This document shows positions 18,708 through 26,871 of a stretch of DNA of 32,115 bases, piece after piece. This stretch comes from a virus. Its lineage: Duplodnaviria; Caudoviricetes. Location of the stretch: positions 1 through 32,115 of IMG/VR virus record IMGVR_UViG_3300021961_000368; one strand, written 5' to 3'. Both the position numbers and the translations under genes were made by a program. Every line of letters starts with the position of its first letter. Within the stretch, counting starts at the first letter, position 1. The notes under the pieces are model-generated. The model searched no databases and had not been told where the DNA came from. It was given only the letters and a program-made list of their open reading frames with translations.

Positions 18708-18796
18708 GGCCGTCCTTAACGCGCCGTCAAAGAGAGGTTGGGCAGGGGCGTGACGGCGACACCCTTTTCGGTAGCGAACCTAGCCCCCTCAAACCT
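18708..18796 (-). promoter_or_regulatory. Structured 5' leader of the primase-helicase gene (or a replication-origin hairpin)
   Basis: Inverted repeats CGCCGTCA/TGACGGCG (18722-18729/18751-18758), AGGTT/AACCT (18735-18739/18792-18796) and GGGGC/GCCCC (18745-18749/18783-18787), interleaved. Confidence 0.5.
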
Positions 18797-19027
18797 TCAA
18801 GCTAACTTCTTTATTAGCTCACTCATACGATCTTGGTGCTTATCGGAAACAACAGACACGCCGCTAAACCAGTTGTACACGGTCACGCGACTAACACCGA
18901 AATATTTGGCTATGTCTTTTACGGGGATGTCGAGCCGCACACATAGCTGCGCGAGGCGCACTCCCAGTAGCTTCTGATCTGCATCGTCAATCGTCTTGAT
19001 GGTTGTCAGTGAATAGCCAGTAGGCAT
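18797..19027 (-). CDS. Cro/XRE-like helix-turn-helix protein
   Basis: IPVKDIAKYFGVSRVTVYNWFSG is a classic HTH pattern. Confidence 0.85.
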   Translation of the reverse strand: MPTGYSLTTIKTIDDADQKLLGVRLAQLCVRLDIPVKDIAKYFGVSRVTVYNWFSGVSVVSDKHQDRMSELIKKLA

Positions 19028-19911
19028 TACTGATCATCCCACTCGTCAAGGATCTTGCTCAGGTCTTTCTTTTCTGCCGGTGCTTCATCTTTCTTTGCGG
19101 CTCGTTTTACCGGCTCTTCTACAGCTTCGACCTCTTCCGCTACCTGCGCTGACGGTTTAGCCTCCAGCCTCGGGGCAGCTTTTACTCCGTCCGCTTCTGC
19201 GACCGTCATAGTGATAGCGCGTTTCGCTGCGGGGGACGCCCCTTGCTGGATGACTGTCTCATGCTCGTGTGGCTCCAGCACGCGAACCGGTTTGAACGTA
19301 AGCTTGGGCGTCGCGCTGCTGGTGTCGAACCGCATCTCAGTCACTACCGCCGTGACCGGCACGCCTTTGCTGCCAATCATCTTTGCGTACATCTGCAACG
19401 GCCATTTACCAGCTTCGCCGCTACCGAAAATTGATGCCCCCGGAAGGGTAAGCTGAAACACGTCGCCATCAATGTCGTTGGCTAATACGACTGCCAGCCT
19501 TTGACTGAAGCGGCATGCACGGCTCTCGCCCTGACCGGAACCTTTAGCGTTCTGCGGGCAATCGAAACACCGCTTAGCTTGTGGGTTCTTAGCCTTGTCA
19601 CTGGGTGTATCCCCATTGGCCGACCAGCAGTCGGGGGCAGTAACTTCACCGCCTTCGGAATACTGCTTAGCGTAGAACGTGCGCGATACCTTCTCGGCTG
19701 CGGCTGCGATCACCACATTCATAGCGCGATCTTCGTTCTTGGCGACTTCTTTGCCGTTGACCATCATGCGCCACACACCGCCCTTGATGGAAATCCTCTT
19801 GGACTCACCGCCGCTTGAGCCGCCCATCAGGGCTTTGGTAGCGTCATCCAGTTGAAGTTCCTTTAGGTAGGAAGGAAGCCCTTGGTCCAGCACTGCGAGT
19901 TCGTTGCTCAT
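19027..19911 (-). CDS. Putative single-stranded DNA-binding protein
   Basis: Located in the replication module. APDCWS...C.DCP.N..GS....AC motif, Ala/Glu/Lys linker and acidic aromatic tail (LDEWDDQ). AAGGAG RBS. Confidence 0.6.
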   Translation of the reverse strand: MSNELAVLDQGLPSYLKELQLDDATKALMGGSSGGESKRISIKGGVWRMMVNGKEVAKNEDRAMNVVIAAAAEKVSRTFYAKQYSEGGEVTAPDCWSANGDTPSDKAKNPQAKRCFDCPQNAKGSGQGESRACRFSQRLAVVLANDIDGDVFQLTLPGASIFGSGEAGKWPLQMYAKMIGSKGVPVTAVVTEMRFDTSSATPKLTFKPVRVLEPHEHETVIQQGASPAAKRAITMTVAEADGVKAAPRLEAKPSAQVAEEVEAVEEPVKRAAKKDEAPAEKKDLSKILDEWDDQ

Positions 19912-19921
19912 TTGTTGCTCC

Positions 19922-20146
19922 TTAGAAAGTAGTGGGTTGTGCGATTGCGCGGGTGAGGGACATAAAACCTTTTTGTAGGTCAGTTTTGGCGATGGCGACC
20001 CAACGTTTGTCCGTTTCGTCCATCTGGTCTAGCGATACGATGAGTTCCCCGACTTTTGCGGCCAGTTCCTTCACGCCGTTTATGCAAGCGATCTCGTGCT
20101 CATTGAGTTCACGGCACCCCTTAATTTCTCGGTGTTGGTTTTCCAT
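19922..20146 (-). CDS. acb2: Acb2-family anti-CBASS cyclic-nucleotide sponge
   Basis: MENQHREIKGCRELNEHEIACINGVKEL...KRWVAIAKTDLQKGFMSLTRAIAQPTTF closely resembles Pseudomonas phage Acb2 as I recall it (MDNQHKKIKGYRDLSQEEI..MN.VKE...RWLAIGKTDIQ.G.M...RAIAQP.SF). AAGGAG RBS before ATG 20146. Confidence 0.9.
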   Translation of the reverse strand: MENQHREIKGCRELNEHEIACINGVKELAAKVGELIVSLDQMDETDKRWVAIAKTDLQKGFMSLTRAIAQPTTF

Positions 20147-20156
20147 TGCACTCTCC

Positions 20157-20549
20157 TTAGCGTTTGACAATCACAACTGTTTGAGACACATCCGCGTTTA
20201 GCCCCGGAGGATGTAGATCGGGGTTCTCTTCGAGAAACTGCTCCATGTTCGCCGTGTTGATGCGTTGGTACAGCAACTGCATGGCGTCTTGGTCTTTGAC
20301 GAATTTATAGAAAGCATCCCAGTCGGTAGGCCAAAACCGCTTGGACGTTCTTCTTGAGATGGTTCCGTATTCGGTGCGTATCGTAGAGGCACCCTGCTCT
20401 TTGCAGATCTCCAATAACTGTTTGGCAATTATGTCTAATTGCTCTTCCAGTTCCTTGTCCTGCTTAGCAAGTTCCCTACGTCGCTCACGAATCTTGACGT
20501 AGACTTTTGTGAGTTTGTCGGCGGTACACGCCTCTGTTTCTTCGATCAC
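20157..20549 (-). CDS. Conserved phage replication-module protein (N-terminal coiled coil)
   Basis: 130 aa: coiled coil, then T..GT, DWDAFY.F and PPG motifs. GTG start with AAGGAG RBS. First gene after the promoter at 20582-20609. Confidence 0.7.
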   Translation of the reverse strand: MIEETEACTADKLTKVYVKIRERRRELAKQDKELEEQLDIIAKQLLEICKEQGASTIRTEYGTISRRTSKRFWPTDWDAFYKFVKDQDAMQLLYQRINTANMEQFLEENPDLHPPGLNADVSQTVVIVKR

Positions 20550-20581
20550 TGCACTCTCCTTCGCTTGTAAAAGGAACCCCT

Positions 20582-20609
20582 ATTATAAGGGTGTGGTTTA
20601 CATTGTCAA
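20582..20609 (-). promoter_or_regulatory. Consensus sigma70 promoter TTGACA-N16-TATAAT
   Basis: -35 at 20604-20609 and -10 at 20582-20587. Points into the 20549-acb2-ssb-HTH-primase operon. Confidence 0.85.
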
Positions 20610-22153
20610 GTATCTTCGATCACATTTTTATATAGGTCTATGACCCTCGTGTGGATGTCCACTTTTTCTGACAGCATCTTGTAGACACGATGCTCGACAG
20701 GACTCCCTCGTAGATGCACCACCGTACAGGGGTTGCGTTGCCCAGCGCGATGCACTCGTGCATTGGCTTGCAAGTACGTTTCGATGGAGGTGATCGGCCC
20801 CCACCATACTACGACATTCGCGGCGTGTAGCGTCACACCATGTGCGGCGGCTTGTGGTTGGATCACAAGCACTTGAGGGTCGGGTTCCGTCTGGAACCGC
20901 GCAAAAATCTCGGTGCGCTTAACGGCGCTGACTCCACCGTGGATGACCTCGGCTGCAATCTTACGCTTCTTAAGCTCGTCCGAGATGATCTCAATCGCGT
21001 GCTTGAACGGCACGAACACGATCACCTTATGACTCGCCTCGTTGATCACCTCGATCAGTGCTTCCATGCGGTTCTTCGCATCGAACGCAACTACCTCCCC
21101 AGTATCGGAGTAGACTGCGCCACCTGACAACTGCAAGAGCTTGTTCAGATTCGCGGCTGCGTTGACCGTGGTGATCTCTTCACCCGCTGCTACCGTCATC
21201 ATGTTCTTACGGATGGCTTCGTAGAATTTCTTTTGTTGCGCAGTCAGTGGTACGTCCCGGTTCACGTAGGTCATGTCCGGAAGGTCGAGGCACTCTTCCT
21301 TCGTAAAACGTATTGCTGGTTGCAGCGCGTCGTGTACTGTTTCTTCTGAGTTGCGCTTGGGCACCCACTTAAACTGTGTGATCTTGAGCATCACCATGTC
21401 GCGGAACGCGCCGAAAAACTTGGGCACCCTGCTCGGCACGATGAGCTTGGCAAGTCCGTAAGCGTCCGTCGGTGACTGCGAGGCCGGGGTACCGGTCAAC
21501 ATCCAAACCCAAGTGTCGGCTTTAATTAAACTGGCCAGCGCCTTCCATCGTTTTGTGCTGACGTTTTTGTAGGAGTTTGCTTCATCGACCACGATCAGAT
21601 CAAAAGCCGCAGCCTCGATCTCGTCTCGGATAATCTCCACCCCATCGTAGTTAATGATAACGAACTCTGCATCGCTTTTGATCGCCTCGACGCGCCGCTC
21701 TTTGGAATAGCTATGGGCTATAGCTACTGTCCGGTGCATAGCGAACTTAAATAGATCCGCTTCCCATGCTGACTGCATGATCGACAACGGACAAAGCACA
21801 AGCACCCGCTTGATGTGCCCTTCATTCAGTAGGTAGTCCGCAGCCCAGATAACGCTTGAAGTCTTGCCGGTGCCCTGTTCGTTAAAACAAAACGCCCGTC
21901 GATGCAAGGTCAGGAACGATGCGGTTTTCTTCTGATGGTCAAACGGTTTATACAACCCCGGCCATGCGTACTTGGCGCTAATCGGGGAGGGTACATTCTT
22001 GATGCGCAGATTCTTTAGCACCTGCGCTTCTTCCAGCCCCCACTTGACCAGCACTTCGCCTGAATCCAGCACCTTGGACTTCGGGATGACGGTTGTTATG
22101 CGGTTGGGTTCTCTGACCCTTAGCAGCAACGCTTTATCGTCTATGATTTGCAC
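20606..22153 (-). CDS. SNF2-like superfamily 2 helicase
   Basis: EQGTGKT (motif I), VVDEAN (II), LTGTP (III), HGVTL (V), QANARVHRAGQ (VI). Confidence 0.92.
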   Translation of the reverse strand: MQIIDDKALLLRVREPNRITTVIPKSKVLDSGEVLVKWGLEEAQVLKNLRIKNVPSPISAKYAWPGLYKPFDHQKKTASFLTLHRRAFCFNEQGTGKTSSVIWAADYLLNEGHIKRVLVLCPLSIMQSAWEADLFKFAMHRTVAIAHSYSKERRVEAIKSDAEFVIINYDGVEIIRDEIEAAAFDLIVVDEANSYKNVSTKRWKALASLIKADTWVWMLTGTPASQSPTDAYGLAKLIVPSRVPKFFGAFRDMVMLKITQFKWVPKRNSEETVHDALQPAIRFTKEECLDLPDMTYVNRDVPLTAQQKKFYEAIRKNMMTVAAGEEITTVNAAANLNKLLQLSGGAVYSDTGEVVAFDAKNRMEALIEVINEASHKVIVFVPFKHAIEIISDELKKRKIAAEVIHGGVSAVKRTEIFARFQTEPDPQVLVIQPQAAAHGVTLHAANVVVWWGPITSIETYLQANARVHRAGQRNPCTVVHLRGSPVEHRVYKMLSEKVDIHTRVIDLYKNVIEDT

Positions 22154-22173
22154 TCTTTCCCCATACGCCGACA

Positions 22174-22202
22174 GGCCGAAAGTGGTATTTCCACTCTCAG
22201 CC
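22174..22202 (-). promoter_or_regulatory. RNA hairpin upstream of the helicase RBS
   Basis: Minus strand GGCUGAGAGUGG-AAAUA-CCACUUUCGGCC: a 12-bp stem whose two G-U pairs only form on the mRNA strand. No U tract follows. Confidence 0.55.
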
Positions 22203-22229
22203 CAGAAACTGCTCTAGTTGTACTGCGTA

Positions 22230-22523
22230 CTACTTTGCTTCGCGCTTGCTACGTTCGGACGTGAGGTTGCCCTTGCTGTCCCTGCGAAACGATCTGTTCT
22301 TTGCTTTGGATTCTACACGAACTCCGTCCTTCGTGGAACCCCCCTTGTCGATGGCCCTCGTATGGGCTACGTCCATGCCATCGCCCTTACGTACTTTGCC
22401 TTCGCGTAGCAGTTTGCGTCGGGCCGCGTTACGCTGGGCACGGTTCTTCTTTTGTTGCTCGGAGCCTTGGTACGACTCATACTCATGGTCGTAGTTCCGG
22501 TCAGCTTTGTTCTTGTACGGCAT
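22230..22523 (-). CDS. Small basic HNH-like protein
   Basis: RA.RN.ARR....G.V..GDG.DV.H......GG......V.S...NRS pattern. GAGGT RBS. Confidence 0.65.
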   Translation of the reverse strand: MPYKNKADRNYDHEYESYQGSEQQKKNRAQRNAARRKLLREGKVRKGDGMDVAHTRAIDKGGSTKDGVRVESKAKNRSFRRDSKGNLTSERSKREAK

Positions 22524-22532
22524 CGCACACCT

Positions 22533-23204
22533 CTAATAAGTAACTTTGCCATTATGCACACAGTCCTTCACCGCGCAATACTGGGCACAGGTGAAGTTGG
22601 GGCGCGGGTTCCACACGTTTAGCTCCATCGCCTTTTCCAGTCGGCTTACGTCCTCAATCCACTTCAGCCACTGCGCCCCGGCACTGCTTTTATTGTATTC
22701 GGCCTTAATGAATTCGTTGGCAACCACAAACAACAGCCCCGCCTTGATCCGTTTGACTTGTGGGAAGTGTTTGAAGGTTGCCAGCGACAGGATCTCCAAC
22801 TGCTTGGTGTCGGCGTATTTAGCGGACTTGCTTGTTTTGTAGTCAACGATGTAGGCGCTATCGCCACGCAGCACAATCAAGTCGGCAATTCCACGCCACC
22901 AAACATTTTTATCGGAGAACTTACACGGTTGCAGATCCCGTGTCATCCCCATCCTGTACTCGCACAGCTTCTCGCCGTCCATGTCCCGTAGCTTGATGAG
23001 CGGGGCCAGCATTTCTTGGTACTGCACGGGGATCGGAGTGCCATCTTTGATGAAGTGTTCGGCTGCACTGTGTACCTTCGTGCCGAAATGCAGGTGTTCC
23101 TGATACGGCTCCACAACATCTTTCTTTACCTTAATCCGGTAATACTTGTGCGGGCACAGCTTAAACGAATCAAGCGCCGAGTACGACCATTTAACATTCG
23201 CCAT
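22533..23204 (-). CDS. PD-(D/E)xK exonuclease, Cas4/AddB-like with 4 Cys
   Basis: WSYS.L..F..CP, GIAD...VDYKT, QL..., C-terminal C.QYC....C. Confidence 0.85.
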   Translation of the reverse strand: MANVKWSYSALDSFKLCPHKYYRIKVKKDVVEPYQEHLHFGTKVHSAAEHFIKDGTPIPVQYQEMLAPLIKLRDMDGEKLCEYRMGMTRDLQPCKFSDKNVWWRGIADLIVLRGDSAYIVDYKTSKSAKYADTKQLEILSLATFKHFPQVKRIKAGLLFVVANEFIKAEYNKSSAGAQWLKWIEDVSRLEKAMELNVWNPRPNFTCAQYCAVKDCVHNGKVTY

Positions 23205-25014
23205 AATTACTCCCTACTCCTGACTCGCAGTTTAACGGTAGTGTTTGCGCCCAGTCTGGACGCCATCGCATACATTCTTCCACGTAGGCTTGCGCCACTG
23301 CGGCTTCTTCTACAGGCGCGATACAAGCAACTGCGTCGTGAACCGTCAATACCACGCGGTACTTATTGCTGATTTTGAGCATCTGTTCGGCAATCACACA
23401 CCGGGCAACTGCTTGACAGATGTTCTCTACCAGCTTACCGCCGTAGATCTTGGTCGGTCCCTTACGGGTCTTGTACTCGTACTGCTCCTTACCCTCAGCG
23501 TCCGTTACTTTGGTCAGCCCCTCGTATCGTTGCCATAACCCGCTGGGGAGCTTAAATCCGTATTCCCTTGGATCAAACTGCACTGCGTCTACATCGCCAA
23601 AGCTAGAGGCGTTGCCGGTAATAATAGCCTCGATACACCGCTGCCCTTGGCTCCACAGTTTCGGGATCTTGGCATACGTAGTGCGGTACACCTCGATAAT
23701 GCGCTTAGCTTCATCAAGCTCTATGTCCGTACCAAACGTCTTTAGCTGTGCTTGGAACTTAACTGCGCCCATGCCATATCCGGCACCGAGGATTGTGGTC
23801 TTGCCTACAAACCGCTCATCTTTGGAGATTTCATCTACTGTTTTGTTGTAGATAGCAGCGGCCATGATCTTGTATACGTCCTCCCCCTTGTCGAACGCCT
23901 CCACCAAATCAGTCTGCCCTGCCAGCCACGCCACCGTCCGCGCTTCGATCTGGCTTGAGTCGCAGTCGATTATCACGTACCCCTCCGGGGGTTTGATAGC
24001 GGCTTTCAGCTTACCGGCGTTCTGCCCCCGGCTTGGCAAGTTTTGCAAGTTAATCTTGTCGTCACCGCCCCATCGCCCAGTGTGTGCGGCGTAATACTTG
24101 ATGGGTACGGGCAGCTTGCCCCGCTTGCTTATGTCGATAAATCGCTGAGTGCGCGTCTCTTCCAGAGTTGTTTTAGTGCCGAGCCTCGCTGACACCAGCG
24201 CCTGAACTCTTGGGTCGTCATGCTCGGCTAACGCTTTGAACTCCTCGTCGGTTTTCGCAAACGCCCAAGTTTCTTTTCCAGTGCGGGCGGAGATCTTGCG
24301 TGGAGGGATTACTTTAAGATGTTTCAGTAAATCAGCGAACTGATCGTTCGACATCAACGTCTTTTTATCTGCGTTCGCAGCCTCTAGTAACCGCTCCTTC
24401 TTGGCCTTCACGTCAGCCAAATGCTGCTCCAGCAACGCCGTATCTAGTTCAAGCTCGGGGTCGATGAACATCTTTAGAGTAGTGTCGATGACTCTAAGCT
24501 CCTTCTTGGGGAACGGCCCCAATAAAACTTGGAACAGATCGTAAGTCAACGCCACATCGTTACGGCAGTATCTTCCGTAATTCTCCAATTCTTCTTGAGA
24601 GAAGTCGGCTCGATGCTTGCCCAGCGCATCGAGTACCTCGGTGCCTTTCTCCCCAAGGCTATACCGTTCTGCCAGTGCTTTGAGACTACCTCCCGCATCG
24701 ACCCCGTGGACCGCACGTGCCATACATAGTGTGTCGAGCCATCCTTTTGCGGTAATGCCGAATCGCCATGACAGGATTGCCCCGTCAAACATCGTGTTGT
24801 GCGCCAGCACCAGCGAGTTAGCCCAATCGAACCCCCGCAAAAACTTGCGCGTCTCGTCCATACTCCCCGAGAACCACGCGGTCTCCCCGTCATCAACCTT
24901 TACCGCGACCCCGATAACCTCAAACTCATCGGCACGTACGTACTCCTCTGTCGTCATCTTGGACAGGGAGTACGCCTTGTCGTAGTACGTCTCAAAATCG
25001 ACGGTAATGATCAT
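23191..25014 (-). CDS. polA: Family A DNA polymerase with 3'-5' exonuclease domain
   Basis: Exo I DFETY, Exo II AHNTMFD, Exo III YCRND; HTGRW; motif A DSSQIEAR, motif B R..GKTTILGAGYG, motif C VHDA. The likely start is ATG 25014 (ATGA overlap). Confidence 0.95.
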   Translation of the reverse strand: MIITVDFETYYDKAYSLSKMTTEEYVRADEFEVIGVAVKVDDGETAWFSGSMDETRKFLRGFDWANSLVLAHNTMFDGAILSWRFGITAKGWLDTLCMARAVHGVDAGGSLKALAERYSLGEKGTEVLDALGKHRADFSQEELENYGRYCRNDVALTYDLFQVLLGPFPKKELRVIDTTLKMFIDPELELDTALLEQHLADVKAKKERLLEAANADKKTLMSNDQFADLLKHLKVIPPRKISARTGKETWAFAKTDEEFKALAEHDDPRVQALVSARLGTKTTLEETRTQRFIDISKRGKLPVPIKYYAAHTGRWGGDDKINLQNLPSRGQNAGKLKAAIKPPEGYVIIDCDSSQIEARTVAWLAGQTDLVEAFDKGEDVYKIMAAAIYNKTVDEISKDERFVGKTTILGAGYGMGAVKFQAQLKTFGTDIELDEAKRIIEVYRTTYAKIPKLWSQGQRCIEAIITGNASSFGDVDAVQFDPREYGFKLPSGLWQRYEGLTKVTDAEGKEQYEYKTRKGPTKIYGGKLVENICQAVARCVIAEQMLKISNKYRVVLTVHDAVACIAPVEEAAVAQAYVEECMRWRPDWAQTLPLNCESGVGSNYGEC

Positions 25015-25313
25015 AGTACCGAGCCTAGATGCCGGACCATGTTTAGAGCTTTTTCCGTGGGGACCAATTTGCGTACGCGTAGGTTCTCCTCGTCGCCAAC
25101 CCGAGAAATCCAACCAGCTTTAATTAACTTCTTTACTCGCGTATGCGTAGTAGCTTGTGATGCTTCACTGAAATTTTTTATCAGGGTCATCGTAGGCACG
25201 TCGCCATGCCCTCGCATTCGCATCAACTCGTTAATGATCAGCGCGTCGGTGCTATCCAACCCGTACTCTGTGCGCAGCACCTTAGTGATTTGAGAAAAGT
25301 TATCGAGATTCAT
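25011..25313 (-). CDS. MarR-like winged-helix protein
   Basis: SQATTHTRVKKLIKAGWISRVGDEENLRVRKLVPTEKA matches the MarR recognition helix and wing. AAGGAGAG RBS before ATG 25313. Confidence 0.75.
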   Translation of the reverse strand: MNLDNFSQITKVLRTEYGLDSTDALIINELMRMRGHGDVPTMTLIKNFSEASQATTHTRVKKLIKAGWISRVGDEENLRVRKLVPTEKALNMVRHLGSVL

Positions 25314-25567
25314 CAGTCTCTCCTTATTCGGTAATAGTACCGCCGATCCCGGCCTTGGTACCAAAATTCAACAACTCCAGCATCTTCAAGCAAGCACATG
25401 TATCGCTCTGCGTTGCTCTCACTCATCCTCATGGTTCGGGCGATGTCTTTTACGCTAACCGAATACCTGCCTTGTATCCGACGCCCGATCAGTCGGAGCT
25501 TTGCCGCACTCGGCTTGGCTCGCCCCGTTACTGCTTCTTGTTCATCACCTTGACGCATTTTTCGCAC
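25313..25567 (-). CDS. Winged-helix DNA-binding protein
   Basis: VSVKDIARTMRMSESNAERYMCLLEDAGVV...YYY. Start uncertain. Confidence 0.65.
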   Translation of the reverse strand: MRKMRQGDEQEAVTGRAKPSAAKLRLIGRRIQGRYSVSVKDIARTMRMSESNAERYMCLLEDAGVVEFWYQGRDRRYYYRIRRD

Positions 25568-25707
25568 ATGAATCGTGTGATTTTGGATTCTTTCGGGTCA
25601 ACAATCAGCACCCCGTTTGGGCTGAGCATATCGGTGATGCCGCAGAAAGCGATCCGGTACTTGGTTCCGTTTGCGGTTTTTTCAGCCGCTTGCAAATGGG
25701 TTTGCAT
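25528..25707 (-). CDS. 59-aa putative zinc-binding protein (not in the ORF track)
   Basis: Manual translation MQTHLQAAEKTANGTKYRIAFCGITDMLSPNGVLIVDPKESKITRFMCEKCVKVMNKKQ*, with an H...CG...CxxC pattern. Starts directly after the upstream TAA. Confidence 0.6.
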   Translation of the reverse strand: MQTHLQAAEKTANGTKYRIAFCGITDMLSPNGVLIVDPKESKITRFMCEKCVKVMNKKQ

Positions 25708-25884
25708 TTATTCACCGTCCACCAATGCGTGAAGATGCGCTGCTTCCGTCAAAATTTGCTTGGCTAAATCCCGCGCTTTGTCGGACGACACCCCGCGTTT
25801 GCCGTTTAGTTCTGAGTACAGCATCCGCGCCAGCCCCTGAATGTTCAGGCACAGCAAGCTGAAGTCCCTATCTTTCTTTTTCAT
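25708..25884 (-). CDS. 58-aa hypothetical protein (not in the ORF track)
   Basis: MKKKDRDFSLLCLNIQGLARMLYSELNGKRGVSSDKARDLAKQILTEAAHLHALVDGE*. Fills the gap in the operon; AAGGA upstream. Confidence 0.6.
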   Translation of the reverse strand: MKKKDRDFSLLCLNIQGLARMLYSELNGKRGVSSDKARDLAKQILTEAAHLHALVDGE

Positions 25885-26041
25885 TAAGAAGTTCCTTTAA
25901 GTTCATCAAGTCTTGTTCGTAGTGTTGCGCTGCGGTTCGCTTGTCCATTGAGTGTCGTTGCACTTTGGTGCGCCGCCTAAGTTCTGAAGTTACGATTTGT
26001 TTGACCGTACGGATGATGCGTAGTTGCTTTTCGGGAGTCAT
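25868..26041 (-). CDS. Hypothetical protein
   Basis: MTPEKQLRII...; ATGA-coupled to the upstream peptide gene. Confidence 0.55.
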   Translation of the reverse strand: MTPEKQLRIIRTVKQIVTSELRRRTKVQRHSMDKRTAAQHYEQDLMNLKELLNEKER

Positions 26042-26139
26042 TGACACCAATGTTCAGATAGGACAAAGCCGATAAGGAAGCCGACAGCAAAAGCCACAGC
26101 GGTCAATACTACAAGATGCTCAAAATTAAATTGGAACAT
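26038..26139 (-). CDS. 33-aa single-pass membrane peptide (not in the ORF track)
   Basis: GAGGAGG RBS. MFQFNFEHLVVLTAVAFAVGFLIGFVLSEHWCQ*. Stop overlaps the next ATG. Confidence 0.6.
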   Translation of the reverse strand: MFQFNFEHLVVLTAVAFAVGFLIGFVLSEHWCQ

Positions 26140-26166
26140 CACACCAATGCCTCCTCTAACTTCTTG

Positions 26167-26871
26167 TTACGTTCTTCTTTCTTCATCCACTTGACGATCT
26201 TTTTGCGCTGCTCCGGTGTTTTGAAGGGCCAGCGCCACTCGGCTAAAGTCAATCCGCTCGGGTGCCTTAGGTTTTTCATCTAGTTCTTTCCTTCTTCGTA
26301 GTTTACGGAATGCTTTGGCTTCGATTTGTCTGACACGCTCTCGCGTTACATCAAGAATATTTGCTACCTGCTCAAGCGTGCGTTCTCCAGCGCCGTCAAC
26401 ACCCCATCGCAATATAATGGCTTTTCTTTCTCTTGGGGTTAAACTTTCAAGCATGTCAGATGTAACCTTAACAGTTTCTTTTTTATACAACGCCTCCTCC
26501 GGGGAGTCGTATGTTATTTGTCCTGTTATTGTGGGAAGATTTTGCGCAAGCTGATCAAGGTCGTCACGGTCCATTCCCCGTTCGGAGTAGTTCTTATGCA
26601 GCTTCATTGTAAGTTGCTCATCAGTCCACAAGTCATTTGGTGCCGCACCAAATATTTCCATTAGCTTTTTAGCAGCTACGCAAAATTCACCTTCTGAAGT
26701 GATGGGCGCTTTTTTGAGGGCTATGAACATATTCAAGTCGTTGTAGTGGATGCCGTGATCCTTGGCGAATTTGGGTATAGATGTGTAACCCGTTTCTTCA
26801 ATCAAATTAAGAATCAAGTTGTTGCGAACAATTACCTTAACCCGATACTCGCTGACGGTCTCCTCGCTCAT
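26167..26871 (-). CDS. Protein with C-terminal sigma70 region 4 and an N-terminal HTH-like domain
   Basis: LTPRERKAIILRWG.....RTLEQVANILDVTRERVRQIEAKAFRKLR is an RpoD-like region 4. No region 2 is recognisable. Confidence 0.85.
   Translation of the reverse strand: MSEETVSEYRVKVIVRNNLILNLIEETGYTSIPKFAKDHGIHYNDLNMFIALKKAPITSEGEFCVAAKKLMEIFGAAPNDLWTDEQLTMKLHKNYSERGMDRDDLDQLAQNLPTITGQITYDSPEEALYKKETVKVTSDMLESLTPRERKAIILRWGVDGAGERTLEQVANILDVTRERVRQIEAKAFRKLRRRKELDEKPKAPERIDFSRVALALQNTGAAQKDRQVDEERRT

Noticed and set aside
21290-21302. GAAGGAAGAGTGC match to the sRNA seed inside the helicase gene
   Set aside because: It is mid-CDS and explained by the protein sequence TKEECLDLP. It also shows that weaker matches can arise by chance.
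21575-21586. DEAN instead of DEAH in helicase motif II as a sign of inactivation
   Set aside because: The catalytic DE and all other motifs are intact, so this is probably a tolerated variant.
22533-23204. Cas4-like nuclease as evidence of CRISPR-Cas
   Set aside because: Stand-alone Cas4-like exonucleases next to DNA polymerase are ordinary phage replication/recombination genes.
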